DNA of 51,101 nt from contig JAJZQS010000002.1 in the NCBI GenBank assembly GCA_021806745.1, forward strand, positions 1 to 51,101. Direction: 5' to 3'. Source of the DNA: a bacterium. GTDB lineage: Bacteria > Elusimicrobiota > Elusimicrobia > UBA1565 > UBA9628. Under the pieces are notes generated by a model. It ran no database searches and was not told where the DNA came from. It worked only from the letters and a program-made list of their open reading frames with translations. Every line of letters begins with the position of its first letter. The stretch's first letter is position 1. A program made the translations under genes and the position numbers. This document shows positions 9,600 through 17,995 of this stretch, one piece after another.

Positions 9600-10318
9600 G
9601 CGAGGGCGCGCTGCTGAGCTTCGAGTCCGTCCACGCGGTCTACGGCAAGAAGATCCGCGCGCTCAAGGGCGTCAGCCTTGAGGTGCGCGCCGGCGAGATC
9701 GTGGCGCTCATCGGCAACAACGGCGCGGGCAAGACCACGCTGATGAAAACCGCCTCGGGCTTGATGGTTCCCGAGTCCGGCCGCGTGCTCTTTGAGGGTC
9801 GCGACCTGGCGGGCCTGGCGCCGCACCGCGTCTCGCGCCTGGGCCTGTGCCTGGTGCCCGAGGGGCGCAGAATTTTCCCGCGGCTGACGGTGATGGAGAA
9901 CCTGGAGATGGGCGCCTACGCGCGCGCGGGCGCGCCGGAGCTCGCGCGCGAATTCGACCATGTGCTGACGCTTTTCCCGGTGCTCGGGCGCCGGCGCGGA
10001 CAACTGGCGGGAACGCTTTCGGGCGGCGAGCAGCAGATGCTGGCCATGGGGCGCGCGCTGATGTCGGCGCCCAAGCTCCTCATGCTCGACGAGCCGTCGA
10101 TGGGGCTGGCTCCCGTCGTGGTCGACGTGATCTTCGACATCATCGCACGCGTCAACAAAGAGGGCGTGACCATCCTGCTCGTCGAGCAGAACGCCCGGCG
10201 CGCGCTGAAGGCCGCCGCGCGCGCCTACGTGCTCGAGACCGGCGAGATCGCGGCCTCGGGGGAGGCTGCGCGGCTTCTCGGCGACGCGAGCGTGCAGAAA
10301 GCCTACCTCGGGCTCTAA
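9596..10318 (+). CDS. livF: Branched-chain amino-acid ABC transporter ATP-binding protein LivF
   Basis: 240 aa. GTGA overlap with livG. Walker A GNNGAGKTT and signature LSGGEQQM. Confidence 0.9.
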   Translation: MSEGALLSFESVHAVYGKKIRALKGVSLEVRAGEIVALIGNNGAGKTTLMKTASGLMVPESGRVLFEGRDLAGLAPHRVSRLGLCLVPEGRRIFPRLTVMENLEMGAYARAGAPELAREFDHVLTLFPVLGRRRGQLAGTLSGGEQQMLAMGRALMSAPKLLMLDEPSMGLAPVVVDVIFDIIARVNKEGVTILLVEQNARRALKAAARAYVLETGEIAASGEAARLLGDASVQKAYLGL

Positions 10319-10356
10319 AGAACCTCCGCGCGCGGGATTTTCCCGGCCAAATAGAG

Positions 10357-10362
10357 TAGAAT
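10357..10362 (+). promoter_or_regulatory. -10-like TAGAAT 9 nt upstream of the mature tRNA 5' end
   Basis: Sequence reads agTAGAATcgtcccgtcGCCGGGG. Confidence 0.35.
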
Positions 10363-10371
10363 CGTCCCGTC

Positions 10372-10443
10372 GCCGGGGTAGCTCAACGGCAGAGCAATCG
10401 CTTCGTAAGCGATAGGTTGTGGGTTCGAATCCCATCCCCGGCT
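10372..10443 (+). tRNA. tRNA-Thr (anticodon CGU)
   Basis: Hand-folded cloverleaf. Acceptor GCCGGGG pairs with CCCCGGC. D arm is GCTC..GAGC. Anticodon stem ATCGC/GCGAT carries loop TTCGTAA (anticodon CGT at 10404..10406). T arm is GTGGG-TTCGAAT-CCCAT. No encoded CCA. Confidence 0.85.
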
Positions 10444-10497
10444 TGGATTTTTCCCGCCCGAGCCGCGTCCGCCGCGAATGTCGTATCATTGCCCACC

Positions 10498-13071
10498 GTG
10501 AAAGACTCCTTGGCCGCGCCGCGGCGCTGGCTTCTCGTCGCCTGCCACTTCGCGGCGCCTCTGGTTTTTTTCACGAACTTCACGCGCAATCCGTTCCAGA
10601 CGCAGATCGCGCTGCTGCAGACGGGCCTGGCCGCCGCGCTGGCGCTGTGGGCGTGGTCGGCCTCCTCACGACCCGAGGCGGTCCGCCTGCCGAACCTTCC
10701 TCCGGCGGCGCCGCTGGCTCTGTTTGCCGCGGCGTGGGTCATGAGCTGGCTGCGCTCGCTGGCGGTCCACCCGGCCTTTTTCCGCCCCTCGATCTTCGGA
10801 CTCGGCGCGCAGGCGATGGTCTTCGAGGGCTCGGTGTGTCTGGCCGCATTCGCGCTGTCGGCGGCGCTGGCGTTCGAAGACGACGGCACGGCGGATGTTC
10901 CTCTCGGGGCTTGGGCGGCGTTCGCGATCGGCTGGGGCCTGCTGTGGGCGCTGTATCCGTCTCTGCGCGCCGGCGCCTACGGACCCGTCGAGGATTTTTG
11001 GCCGCTGGTCTGGGACCCTTACGGCGCGCTCGTCTGGGCGTTGGGCCTGGCCGGCGCGGCGCGCTTGGCCCGACGCGGGCGCGCCGCCGACTTCCTGCAC
11101 CTGGCGCTGGTCGTGGGCTTTATCGCCTCGGCCTACGGAATTCTCCAATATTTCAACATGGACTTCCTGTGGCCCTACACGCTCAATCCCTACGGCGGCC
11201 GCGCGGTCTCGACGTTCGGAAACCCCAACTTCCTGTCCTCCTACGACGTCGCGCTGATGCCGATCTCTCTGGCGCTGTTCTTGACCGAAAAAAAAGCCGT
11301 CCGCCGCGCGATCTACGCGGCCGCGTTTCTGACCTATGAAGGCGCCCTGCTGGCCACGCTCACGCGCTCGTCGTGGGCCGGCGCCGCGGCCGCCTGCGCG
11401 GGTCTGGCGGCCTTCCCCGCCCTGCGCGCGCGCGCGAAAACGAACGCGCGCACGCTGGGCCTGCTCGCGGCCGGCGCGGGCGCGCTGGCCGCGCTGTGGC
11501 CCTCCAGTTCGATGGCGACCGGCTACGCGCCCACCGTCGTCGACCGACTCACCGAGATCGGCACGATCCTCAAGCGCGACGGCTCCTACAGCCCTCTGCA
11601 CCAGCGCCTGCTCATCTGGGCCTGCGCCTGGATGATGGGCCGCGAGTCGCCCCTGCTGGGCAAGGGAGGGGGGACCTTCGAGCTGTTCTATCCGTTCTAC
11701 CAGGGCGTGATGCTGCACGCGACCGGTTTTTTCCACAACATGCGCACCCACGCCAACAACGCGCACAACGAGATCCTGGAAACCTTCGCGCAGACCGGGC
11801 TACTGGGCCTGGGCGCGTTTCTGGCGTTCTGGGCGGCGTTTTTCGAGTCCGTCCGGCGCTGGTCGCGCGGCCGCGTTGGCGGCGACCCGCTGTGGGCGGG
11901 CGCCGCGGCGGGCTGCGCGGGCGTGCTCGTCGACAACATGCTCAACGTCTCTCTGCATTTCGCGGTGCCGGCGTTCCTGTTCTGGTGGCTGGCGGGTTTT
12001 GCGATGGGGCGCGGCGCGCGCGAAGGCAAGCCCGCAGCCGCGCTCGGCCGCGCGCGCGCGCGCGCGGCCGCCGTCGCGCTGTCGGCCGCCGCCGCCGCCA
12101 CTTTCTGGATTCAAGAACGGACCCTGCGGCGCGAGGCGTGGTATTTCGCTGGGCTCAAGCGCTCGCGCTCGGCGCAGTTGGAGCCGGCGCGCCTGGATTT
12201 GGAACGCGCGCGCGCGATCGGCCCGCGCGAGGTCAACGCGCTCTACGAACTCGGCAACGTCGACGCTCGCCTGTCGCGGCCCGGCGAGGCCGCCGACGCC
12301 TACCGCGACGCTCTGTCGGCCAACGCCGGCTACGACGAGATCTACTTCAACCTCGCCATCCTGGACTCGACTTCCCTGAACCGACCCGACGAGGCGCTGC
12401 GCTTCTATCAAGTCGCCTGGGCGATCAACCCGCTGTCAAGCCCGCTCGACAACGCGCTGAGCGCGTTCTACCTGCGCGATCCGGCGCGCCATGCCGCCGC
12501 CGCGCGCGAGGTCTTGCGGCTTGCCACGCGCGACTTCCCGGACAATCCCGACCACTGGAACAACCTCGGCGACGCGCTCATCGCGCTGCGCGACTGGCCC
12601 GGAGCCGAGGCCGCGCTGACTCGCGCGCTGGAACTGGCGCCGGACATGGCCGCCGCGCGCCGTAATCTGGCGGCGGTCGCCGCGCAGTCGGGCCGCGCGC
12701 CCGCGCCGATCCTCAAGACGCTGGACGATCTCGACGCGGTCACGGCCGCCGCCGCGCGGCGCGACGCCTCGGACGCCGTCGTCGCCCGCGCCGCGTCCGT
12801 GGCGCGCCGCGCGCCGGATTTGCTGAAGGCGCGGTTTCTCTACGGCAGCCTTCTGCTGGCGCGCGGGCGCCCCGCGCTCGCGATACCGGAACTCGAGTAC
12901 GTCGTCGCGCACCTGCCCGAAAAGGCGGCGCCTCGGCTCAACCTGGGCGCGGCCTATCGCGCGCTCGGCCGGGAGGCGGAGGCTCGGGCTCAGTTTCAAG
13001 CCGCGCGCGCGCTCGAGCCCAACAACCCCCAAGTACAGGCACAGTTGAAGGCTCTGGGGGCCGCGCAATGA
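10498..13071 (+). CDS. Wzy_C / O-antigen-ligase-like polytopic membrane protein fused to C-terminal TPR repeats
   Basis: Multi-TM N-terminal ~530 aa with the ligase-type loop THANNAHNEILETFAQTGLLGL. The C-terminal ~330 aa are TPR-like (e.g. ALYELGNVDARLSRPGEAADAYRDALSANAGY). Start placed at GTG 10498 because the tracked start 10417 lies inside the tRNA. TATCAT sits 8 nt upstream. Confidence 0.75.
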   Translation: MKDSLAAPRRWLLVACHFAAPLVFFTNFTRNPFQTQIALLQTGLAAALALWAWSASSRPEAVRLPNLPPAAPLALFAAAWVMSWLRSLAVHPAFFRPSIFGLGAQAMVFEGSVCLAAFALSAALAFEDDGTADVPLGAWAAFAIGWGLLWALYPSLRAGAYGPVEDFWPLVWDPYGALVWALGLAGAARLARRGRAADFLHLALVVGFIASAYGILQYFNMDFLWPYTLNPYGGRAVSTFGNPNFLSSYDVALMPISLALFLTEKKAVRRAIYAAAFLTYEGALLATLTRSSWAGAAAACAGLAAFPALRARAKTNARTLGLLAAGAGALAALWPSSSMATGYAPTVVDRLTEIGTILKRDGSYSPLHQRLLIWACAWMMGRESPLLGKGGGTFELFYPFYQGVMLHATGFFHNMRTHANNAHNEILETFAQTGLLGLGAFLAFWAAFFESVRRWSRGRVGGDPLWAGAAAGCAGVLVDNMLNVSLHFAVPAFLFWWLAGFAMGRGAREGKPAAALGRARARAAAVALSAAAAATFWIQERTLRREAWYFAGLKRSRSAQLEPARLDLERARAIGPREVNALYELGNVDARLSRPGEAADAYRDALSANAGYDEIYFNLAILDSTSLNRPDEALRFYQVAWAINPLSSPLDNALSAFYLRDPARHAAAAREVLRLATRDFPDNPDHWNNLGDALIALRDWPGAEAALTRALELAPDMAAARRNLAAVAAQSGRAPAPILKTLDDLDAVTAAAARRDASDAVVARAASVARRAPDLLKARFLYGSLLLARGRPALAIPELEYVVAHLPEKAAPRLNLGAAYRALGREAEARAQFQAARALEPNNPQVQAQLKALGAAQ
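11288..11295 (+). repeat. A8 homopolymer inside the ligase-like coding sequence
   Basis: Sequence gaa-aaa-aaa encodes E-K-K. This is an unusual AT-only codon choice in a GC-rich gene. Confidence 0.9.
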
Positions 13072-13075
13072 TCGC

Positions 13076-13105
13076 TTGCCATGCCGCCCCCAGGTCCGCA
13101 ATAAT
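13076..13105 (+). promoter_or_regulatory. Sigma70-like promoter upstream of the filament operon
   Basis: TTGCCA (13076..13081), 18-nt spacer, AATAAT (13100..13105). It sits in the 91-nt gap before ATG 13163. Confidence 0.4.
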
Positions 13106-13139
13106 TCGGCAATCGCGATCGTCTAGCCTTTCTGCGGGA

Positions 13140-13157
13140 AGGGGCCTCTCGGCCCCT
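13140..13157 (+). other. 7-bp hairpin 5 nt before the first filament-operon start codon
   Basis: AGGGGCC-TCTC-GGCCCCT followed by ATTTCATGTTTAT. It could terminate the upstream gene or structure the 5' UTR. Confidence 0.45.
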
Positions 13158-13162
13158 ATTTC

Positions 13163-14977
13163 ATGTTTATAAAGAAAATCGTTATCATTCTCGCGCTCAC
13201 CCTGGGGGGAAACGCGCGCGCGCAAAGCGCGGCCGACCAGCCCGGCCTGAGCAGACAGATGAAATCGGGCATCCGCCTCTACGAAGTCGGCGACGACATG
13301 GAAGCGATGAACCGCTTCATGGACATCCTCACGCACGGCGACCCCGCCGAGCGTCCGATGGCCAACCAGTATCTGAATCTGATCACCCAGCGCATGAGCA
13401 GTTCCGGCTCCGCCAAAAACTCTCCGCGGCCCGCGCCCGCACCCGCGGCCGAGCCGGCCTCTGAGCCGGCGCCTCCGGCGGCCGCGACTCGGCCCGCGAC
13501 TACGGCGCCAATCGCCGTCGAATCCGCGGAACCCGCGCCTGCGGCGCCGACCGCCCCAGCGCCCGATCGCGCAACCGCAACGGTGCAGACGCTCAACGCG
13601 TCCAACAAGGCCCTGATGCGCCAGGAAATCGCCTCCCGGCTGGATGCCGCCGTCGCCAAAAGCCTGGACGATCTGCGCGCGATCGACGGAATTCGCGTGA
13701 TCATGCGTCCCAACGACAAGCCGGCCGCGCTGGGCATACCGTCGCCGTTGTTGTTCCGTTCCGGAATCTCGTTTCAGCGCGACGCCTCGAAAATCCTGGA
13801 TCCGTTGACCAAACTGGTCTACGCGCTCGGGGCGACGCAAGTCGTCATCTTGCCCGAGGGGACCGCTCTCGGTGACGCGAAGGTGCTCGACATGAGGCGC
13901 ACGATGGGCGTTTCCGCTCATCTCTACGATGCCGGGATCGCGCCGCCCCGCGTGCGGGTCAATCTGCTCAACACGCAGGTGGACATGCCTCGGCCGCTGA
14001 TGGATTTCAAGGGAATCGTCATCGCGTTCGTCTACGATCAGCCGCTGAACCTCGAAAACGAGGACGCCCTCGGCGACGACCAAGGTCCGCCGCTGTCGCT
14101 GGGAATTTTCCCCGCGCAGTTGCGGCCGTCCAAAAACCAAGGGGCGATCATCGAGTTTTCCGTCGCGGACCCGCCCGACGGCGTGACCTCCTGGAAATTC
14201 CAGCTTCTGCAGCCCGCCGCGGGCGGAGAGGAATTGGCGCCCCTTCAGGAGGTCGTCGGCGGAGGGCCCGTGTTCCACCAGATTTTCTGGAACGCGCGCA
14301 AGAACTACTTCGGCGCGCCGCTGGCGCCGGGCCGTTACGAGTGCGTGCTGACCGCGACCGACGGCAAGAACCGCCAGCGCGCGCTGCACCGCTGGATCAC
14401 CGTTTTGGGCGACACGCAGGCCGAGGAAAGCCTCTTGGGCGCCTCCGAGCCGGCCCAGGCCGCCTCCGCCGCTTCCGCTTCGGCCGCGCCTGTCGCGGCG
14501 GCCGCGCCCGCCGCTTCCGCCGCCGCGGCCGACCTCGTCAAAGGAGTCAAGCCCGCCGTTCAGATTTCCCAGACGCCTCGCGTGCGCAAACCCCGACGCC
14601 GCGTCAAGAAAGTGGCGGCCAAGACCAAGAAGAAACCGCGAAAGTCTCCATCCGCCGAACCCAAGGCGGCGGCCGCTGAAACCGGAACTTACAGGCTGAC
14701 ATTCGACCCGAACACGCACGAACTCACGCCCGCGGCGGAGCGCTCCCTCGCCAAAGCGGCTCATGCGCTGAGCCGCCACCCTCTCGAGTCCCTGAAGGTC
14801 GTCGGCCATGCGTCGCCGGACGAAGCCGACGCCGCCGCGCTGGCGGACCGCCGCGCCAAGCTCGTGGTCGGACTGCTGATCAACCGCTACCAGATCGATC
14901 CCAAAAAAATCGTCTCCTCCGCGGCGGACAAGCCCGACTCGGCGATGGTCGAGGTCGTGATCGCGAGCAACGATTAG
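13163..14977 (+). CDS. Secreted multidomain protein with two OmpA-like peptidoglycan-binding modules; first gene of the filament operon
   Basis: Signal peptide MFIKKIVIILALTLGGNARA. Pro/Ala-rich linkers. Central degenerate OmpA-like segment (LLFRSGISFQRDASKILD...LDMRRTMGVSAHL). Ig-like segment (WKFQLL...GRYECVLTATDGKN). Lys-rich linker. C-terminal OmpA-like module with ALADRRAKLVVGLL. Confidence 0.6.
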   Translation: MFIKKIVIILALTLGGNARAQSAADQPGLSRQMKSGIRLYEVGDDMEAMNRFMDILTHGDPAERPMANQYLNLITQRMSSSGSAKNSPRPAPAPAAEPASEPAPPAAATRPATTAPIAVESAEPAPAAPTAPAPDRATATVQTLNASNKALMRQEIASRLDAAVAKSLDDLRAIDGIRVIMRPNDKPAALGIPSPLLFRSGISFQRDASKILDPLTKLVYALGATQVVILPEGTALGDAKVLDMRRTMGVSAHLYDAGIAPPRVRVNLLNTQVDMPRPLMDFKGIVIAFVYDQPLNLENEDALGDDQGPPLSLGIFPAQLRPSKNQGAIIEFSVADPPDGVTSWKFQLLQPAAGGEELAPLQEVVGGGPVFHQIFWNARKNYFGAPLAPGRYECVLTATDGKNRQRALHRWITVLGDTQAEESLLGASEPAQAASAASASAAPVAAAAPAASAAAADLVKGVKPAVQISQTPRVRKPRRRVKKVAAKTKKKPRKSPSAEPKAAAAETGTYRLTFDPNTHELTPAAERSLAKAAHALSRHPLESLKVVGHASPDEADAAALADRRAKLVVGLLINRYQIDPKKIVSSAADKPDSAMVEVVIASND

Positions 14978-14978
14978 A

Positions 14979-16601
14979 ATGCCGAATTTCGATCAGTTAA
15001 TCGACCAACTCGCCTTCGGCAAGGAGACGTCCAAGCCCGGCCCCTGCCTGGGCCTCTACCTCAGTCCGGACGTCATTTACCTCGCCGAGGCTCACCCCGG
15101 AAAGGAAGGCCGCCCGGCGGTCGACCATCTGGTCCGCATCCCGATACCGACCGGGGTCAAGGGCGCCGAATCCACCGGGACGATGAACACCGATTTTCTC
15201 AGCGACACGCAAAAGATCGCCGGCCTCATCCGCCAGTCCATGTCGCAGATGCGCTGGAACAGCAAGAACGTCCGTGTCACGCTCTCCCACCATCTGGGCA
15301 TGCTGCGCTATTTCACGATGCCGGCCATGGAACGGCGTTTTCTGAAATCGGCGATTCCCCTCGAAGCCAAAAAATACATCCCGATCCCGTTCGATGTCCT
15401 CGCCCACGACCACCACACCATCCCCCTGCCGCCCGACGCCGCGGGAAAGCCCAAGATCGGCGTGCTGGTCGCGGTGACCCAGAACAAGAACGTCCCCAAC
15501 ATCACCGGCCTGCTCGCCACTCTGGGTCTAAAACTGGAAGGCCTAGAGGTCGCGCCTTATTCCGTCTTGCGGCTCTGGCAGATGCTCGACCGTCGCCCGC
15601 TGAACCAGGCCCTCGCCCATGTCCACATGGACGGCGGCAGCGTGCGCGTGATGGTCGCCCAGCACGGCGCGCCGATCTTTTTTCGCGAAGTCTTCCTCGG
15701 CTCGGAAACGACGCTCAACGACCTGCGCAAGATCGACTTGGCCGGCTGCCTGTCCTTTCTGCAGAAGCAACTCGGAGCCACGACGATCTCAAAGCTGCGC
15801 GTCAGCGGCAACATTCCCAACCTCGAGGAAATGCGCTCGGCGTTGTCCACCGAGGCGGGCGTGGACGGGGAAATTCAAGACACCGCCGCCCTTCTGTCGT
15901 TGAAGGCCGGAGACTGGGGCGGCTACGCCGCCCTCGGCGCGGCCGCCTATCCGATGACGCCGATCGGCTCCGAACTCAATCTCGCCGCCATCGACCGCAT
16001 CAGTGACGACGAGCGCCGAGTCGCGGGAGACATTCTTCTGGCCGGCGGAGCCTTCGCGGTTTTTTTCGGTCTGGTCGGGGCCATCACTTCGGCGAGCTAC
16101 GCCTATCGCGCGCAAGAGCTCAAGAAATATCCGCTCGACCCAGTCATCGCCGCCGCGGTCAGGGGAAAACCCAAGGCGACCATCGAATCCCTGCTGGCCG
16201 ACATGCGCAAGCAATCCGACGATTTGAGCCTGGTGGGCCCGACGGGACGCCCGAGCCTGACCCAACTGCTGCGCGAGATCGCACGCCTGATGCCCGAGCA
16301 GGTCTGGCTGACGAAAATCGACGTGGACAACCCCTTGCTCGCAGACAGGCAAAGCCGCTTCAACATGGTCCTCACCGGACGCGCCCAATCCGACTCCGTT
16401 GCCGACGAACAGGCGCTGTCCTTCAAATTCAAGGACGCCCTGCTCAACTCCGAACTCGTCGGCAAGCAGTTCGACGTGCAGTTGTCCCTGCAGAAGAACG
16501 ACTCCGCGGCCGCCGCCGCTCAAGGCATGGATCCCGCGCAACTCCGGGAAAAATTAGAGGATCGCACGCAGTTCACGGTCACCATCGAGGCCAAACGCTG
16601 A
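14979..16601 (+). CDS. pilM: PilM-like actin-fold domain fused through one TM helix to a PilN-like periplasmic domain (GspL-like architecture)
   Basis: 540 aa. N-terminal ~340 aa are PilM-like (LGLYLSPDVIYLAEA...). TM helix is ILLAGGAFAVFFGLVGAITSA. C-terminal region contains EQVWLTKIDVD...FNMVLTGRAQS. Starts 1 nt after the upstream stop. Confidence 0.65.
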   Translation: MPNFDQLIDQLAFGKETSKPGPCLGLYLSPDVIYLAEAHPGKEGRPAVDHLVRIPIPTGVKGAESTGTMNTDFLSDTQKIAGLIRQSMSQMRWNSKNVRVTLSHHLGMLRYFTMPAMERRFLKSAIPLEAKKYIPIPFDVLAHDHHTIPLPPDAAGKPKIGVLVAVTQNKNVPNITGLLATLGLKLEGLEVAPYSVLRLWQMLDRRPLNQALAHVHMDGGSVRVMVAQHGAPIFFREVFLGSETTLNDLRKIDLAGCLSFLQKQLGATTISKLRVSGNIPNLEEMRSALSTEAGVDGEIQDTAALLSLKAGDWGGYAALGAAAYPMTPIGSELNLAAIDRISDDERRVAGDILLAGGAFAVFFGLVGAITSASYAYRAQELKKYPLDPVIAAAVRGKPKATIESLLADMRKQSDDLSLVGPTGRPSLTQLLREIARLMPEQVWLTKIDVDNPLLADRQSRFNMVLTGRAQSDSVADEQALSFKFKDALLNSELVGKQFDVQLSLQKNDSAAAAAQGMDPAQLREKLEDRTQFTVTIEAKR

Positions 16602-17197
16602 TGGCTCCGATCCCGATTCTGCAGGCCGCGACCAAGAAGATCGCCGCCGAGGCCGATCTCGTCGTTTCGGTGCTGCGCGACAAAGGCTCCAAGCGCTTCA
16701 GTCGCGCGCTGGGCTTGGCCGGGATTTTCGTCGGCATCGCCTACGTCGCCTTTTTAATGCCGGCGCAAAGCAAGATGCAGCGCTTGGACGAGCAGATCGC
16801 TCAGGCCAAGATCGCCTACGATTACGGCACGCAGTATAAAACCTTGCACGACTCCCTCTCCGCGGCCTACGCCCGTCTGCCGACGATCACGGATCGACCT
16901 CAGTGGCTGACCAGTTCGGTGCGAGCACTCCTCGACGCCGGTCGCCTGGAAAGCGACAGTTTCGAGCTTCCCCAGGAGACCGAACATGAAGGCCTGATTT
17001 TCCAAGAGTCGACGGTCACTTTCAGCGCCGATTTCCGCTCCATTTTTTCTTTTCTTCTTCGCGCCGAAAATGCTCGTCCCATGATGCACATCAGGCATCT
17101 GTCAATTACGAAATCCACCAATTTCGACCCCGATCATCCGGGAATGGCGCAGGTTACCTGCGTCATCTCCACGGTGATCGCTTCCAAGAGATACTAG
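16601..17197 (+). CDS. pilO: PilO / GspM-like inner-membrane alignment protein
   Basis: 198 aa. One TM helix (LGLAGIFVGIAYVAFLM), then a coiled-coil segment and an alpha/beta C-terminal domain. TGATG overlap with the upstream gene. Confidence 0.55.
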   Translation: MAPIPILQAATKKIAAEADLVVSVLRDKGSKRFSRALGLAGIFVGIAYVAFLMPAQSKMQRLDEQIAQAKIAYDYGTQYKTLHDSLSAAYARLPTITDRPQWLTSSVRALLDAGRLESDSFELPQETEHEGLIFQESTVTFSADFRSIFSFLLRAENARPMMHIRHLSITKSTNFDPDHPGMAQVTCVISTVIASKRY

Positions 17198-17979
17198 TGA
17201 GCCCTGAAAACGAACCGAGGCGCAAGTCGGGGGGCTGGTTGGTCCTGATCGCGGCGCTGGCCGTGCCTGGGTTTCTTTTCTACAACTGGTCGCGCGGCCT
17301 GAAAGCCGACCATGAACGCGCATTGTCGCTCAAGGCGCGCGCGCGACTGAGCCAGGGCGCAGGCGTGTTCGCCGCGACTCCCGCGGGCGGCCGCCTGGTC
17401 AATCCGATCGCCGCGCCCGCGGTTGCAAAACCCTCCGCCCCCAAGGCGCCGTCGGCCGCGACCGCCACCCGGGCGGCCCCCGCTGCCGCGCGCGCGGCGC
17501 CCGGCAACGCAAGAGGCTCTGCGCCGACGGCGGCTCCTTCCACCGTCTTGATTTCGCCGGCTTTTCACGCGCCGACCGTTTCCACCGCCACGCAGACGCC
17601 TTCTGTTTCCACCTCCTCGGTGCTCCTGGAGCGCGATCCGTTCGTGTCGCCGCTGGATCTCGTGCGCATCCGCGAGGCCGAGGCCGAGCGCGAGCGCCTC
17701 AGGCGCCTGGCCTGGGAGGCCGCCCACCCGCCCAAGAAGGCCGCCCACCATGTCCGCGCCGTCGTCCGCCGCATCGAAGACGACGTGGATTTGCAGGGCA
17801 TCGTCACCTCGCCCGACGGCAGCGCGCGCGCCATCGTCAACGATGAAACGCTCAGCGTTGGAGACTCCTTCGCCGCGCCGGGCCACGAGGGCCGGGTGAC
17901 GATCGTCGAAATCACCTCGGACGCGGTCTGGTTCGTCTATAAAAATCGCCGCTTCAAGAAAATCGTCGCCAGCGAGTAA
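17197..17979 (+). CDS. PilP / GspC-like protein
   Basis: N-terminal TM helix and an Ala/Pro-rich linker. C-terminal beta domain is VDLQGIVTSPDGSARAIVNDETLSVGDSF...VTIVEITSDAVWF. The GTG start overlaps the pilO stop by 1 nt. Confidence 0.5.
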   Translation: MSPENEPRRKSGGWLVLIAALAVPGFLFYNWSRGLKADHERALSLKARARLSQGAGVFAATPAGGRLVNPIAAPAVAKPSAPKAPSAATATRAAPAAARAAPGNARGSAPTAAPSTVLISPAFHAPTVSTATQTPSVSTSSVLLERDPFVSPLDLVRIREAEAERERLRRLAWEAAHPPKKAAHHVRAVVRRIEDDVDLQGIVTSPDGSARAIVNDETLSVGDSFAAPGHEGRVTIVEITSDAVWFVYKNRRFKKIVASE

Positions 17980-17995
17980 ATTCCGGAGGATCCCC

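Noticed and set aside
10323-10341. Terminator-like sequence after livF (CCGCGCGCGG followed by GATTTT)
   Set aside because: The palindrome leaves no viable loop (at most a 3-bp stem with a 4-nt loop) and the U-run is short.
10420-10443. Direct repeat of the tRNA-Thr 3' end as an island boundary (att site)
   Set aside because: I did not see a copy of GGTTCGAATCCCATCCCCGGC near the end of the filament operon or elsewhere while reading. An exhaustive exact-match search was not possible by eye, so the island idea is kept only as a weak finding.
13400-14660. Apparent nucleotide repeats (GCC/GCG-rich runs) in the OmpA-domain gene; similar runs at 17380..17560 and 18640..18790
   Set aside because: They encode Ala/Pro/Ser-rich low-complexity linkers. 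I could not define a repeat unit or periodicity, so they are not tandem repeats.
12938-14809. 623-aa ORF on the minus strand opposite the OmpA-domain gene
   Set aside because: It is low-complexity Arg/Gly-rich and antisense to an ORF that has a signal peptide and recognisable domains.
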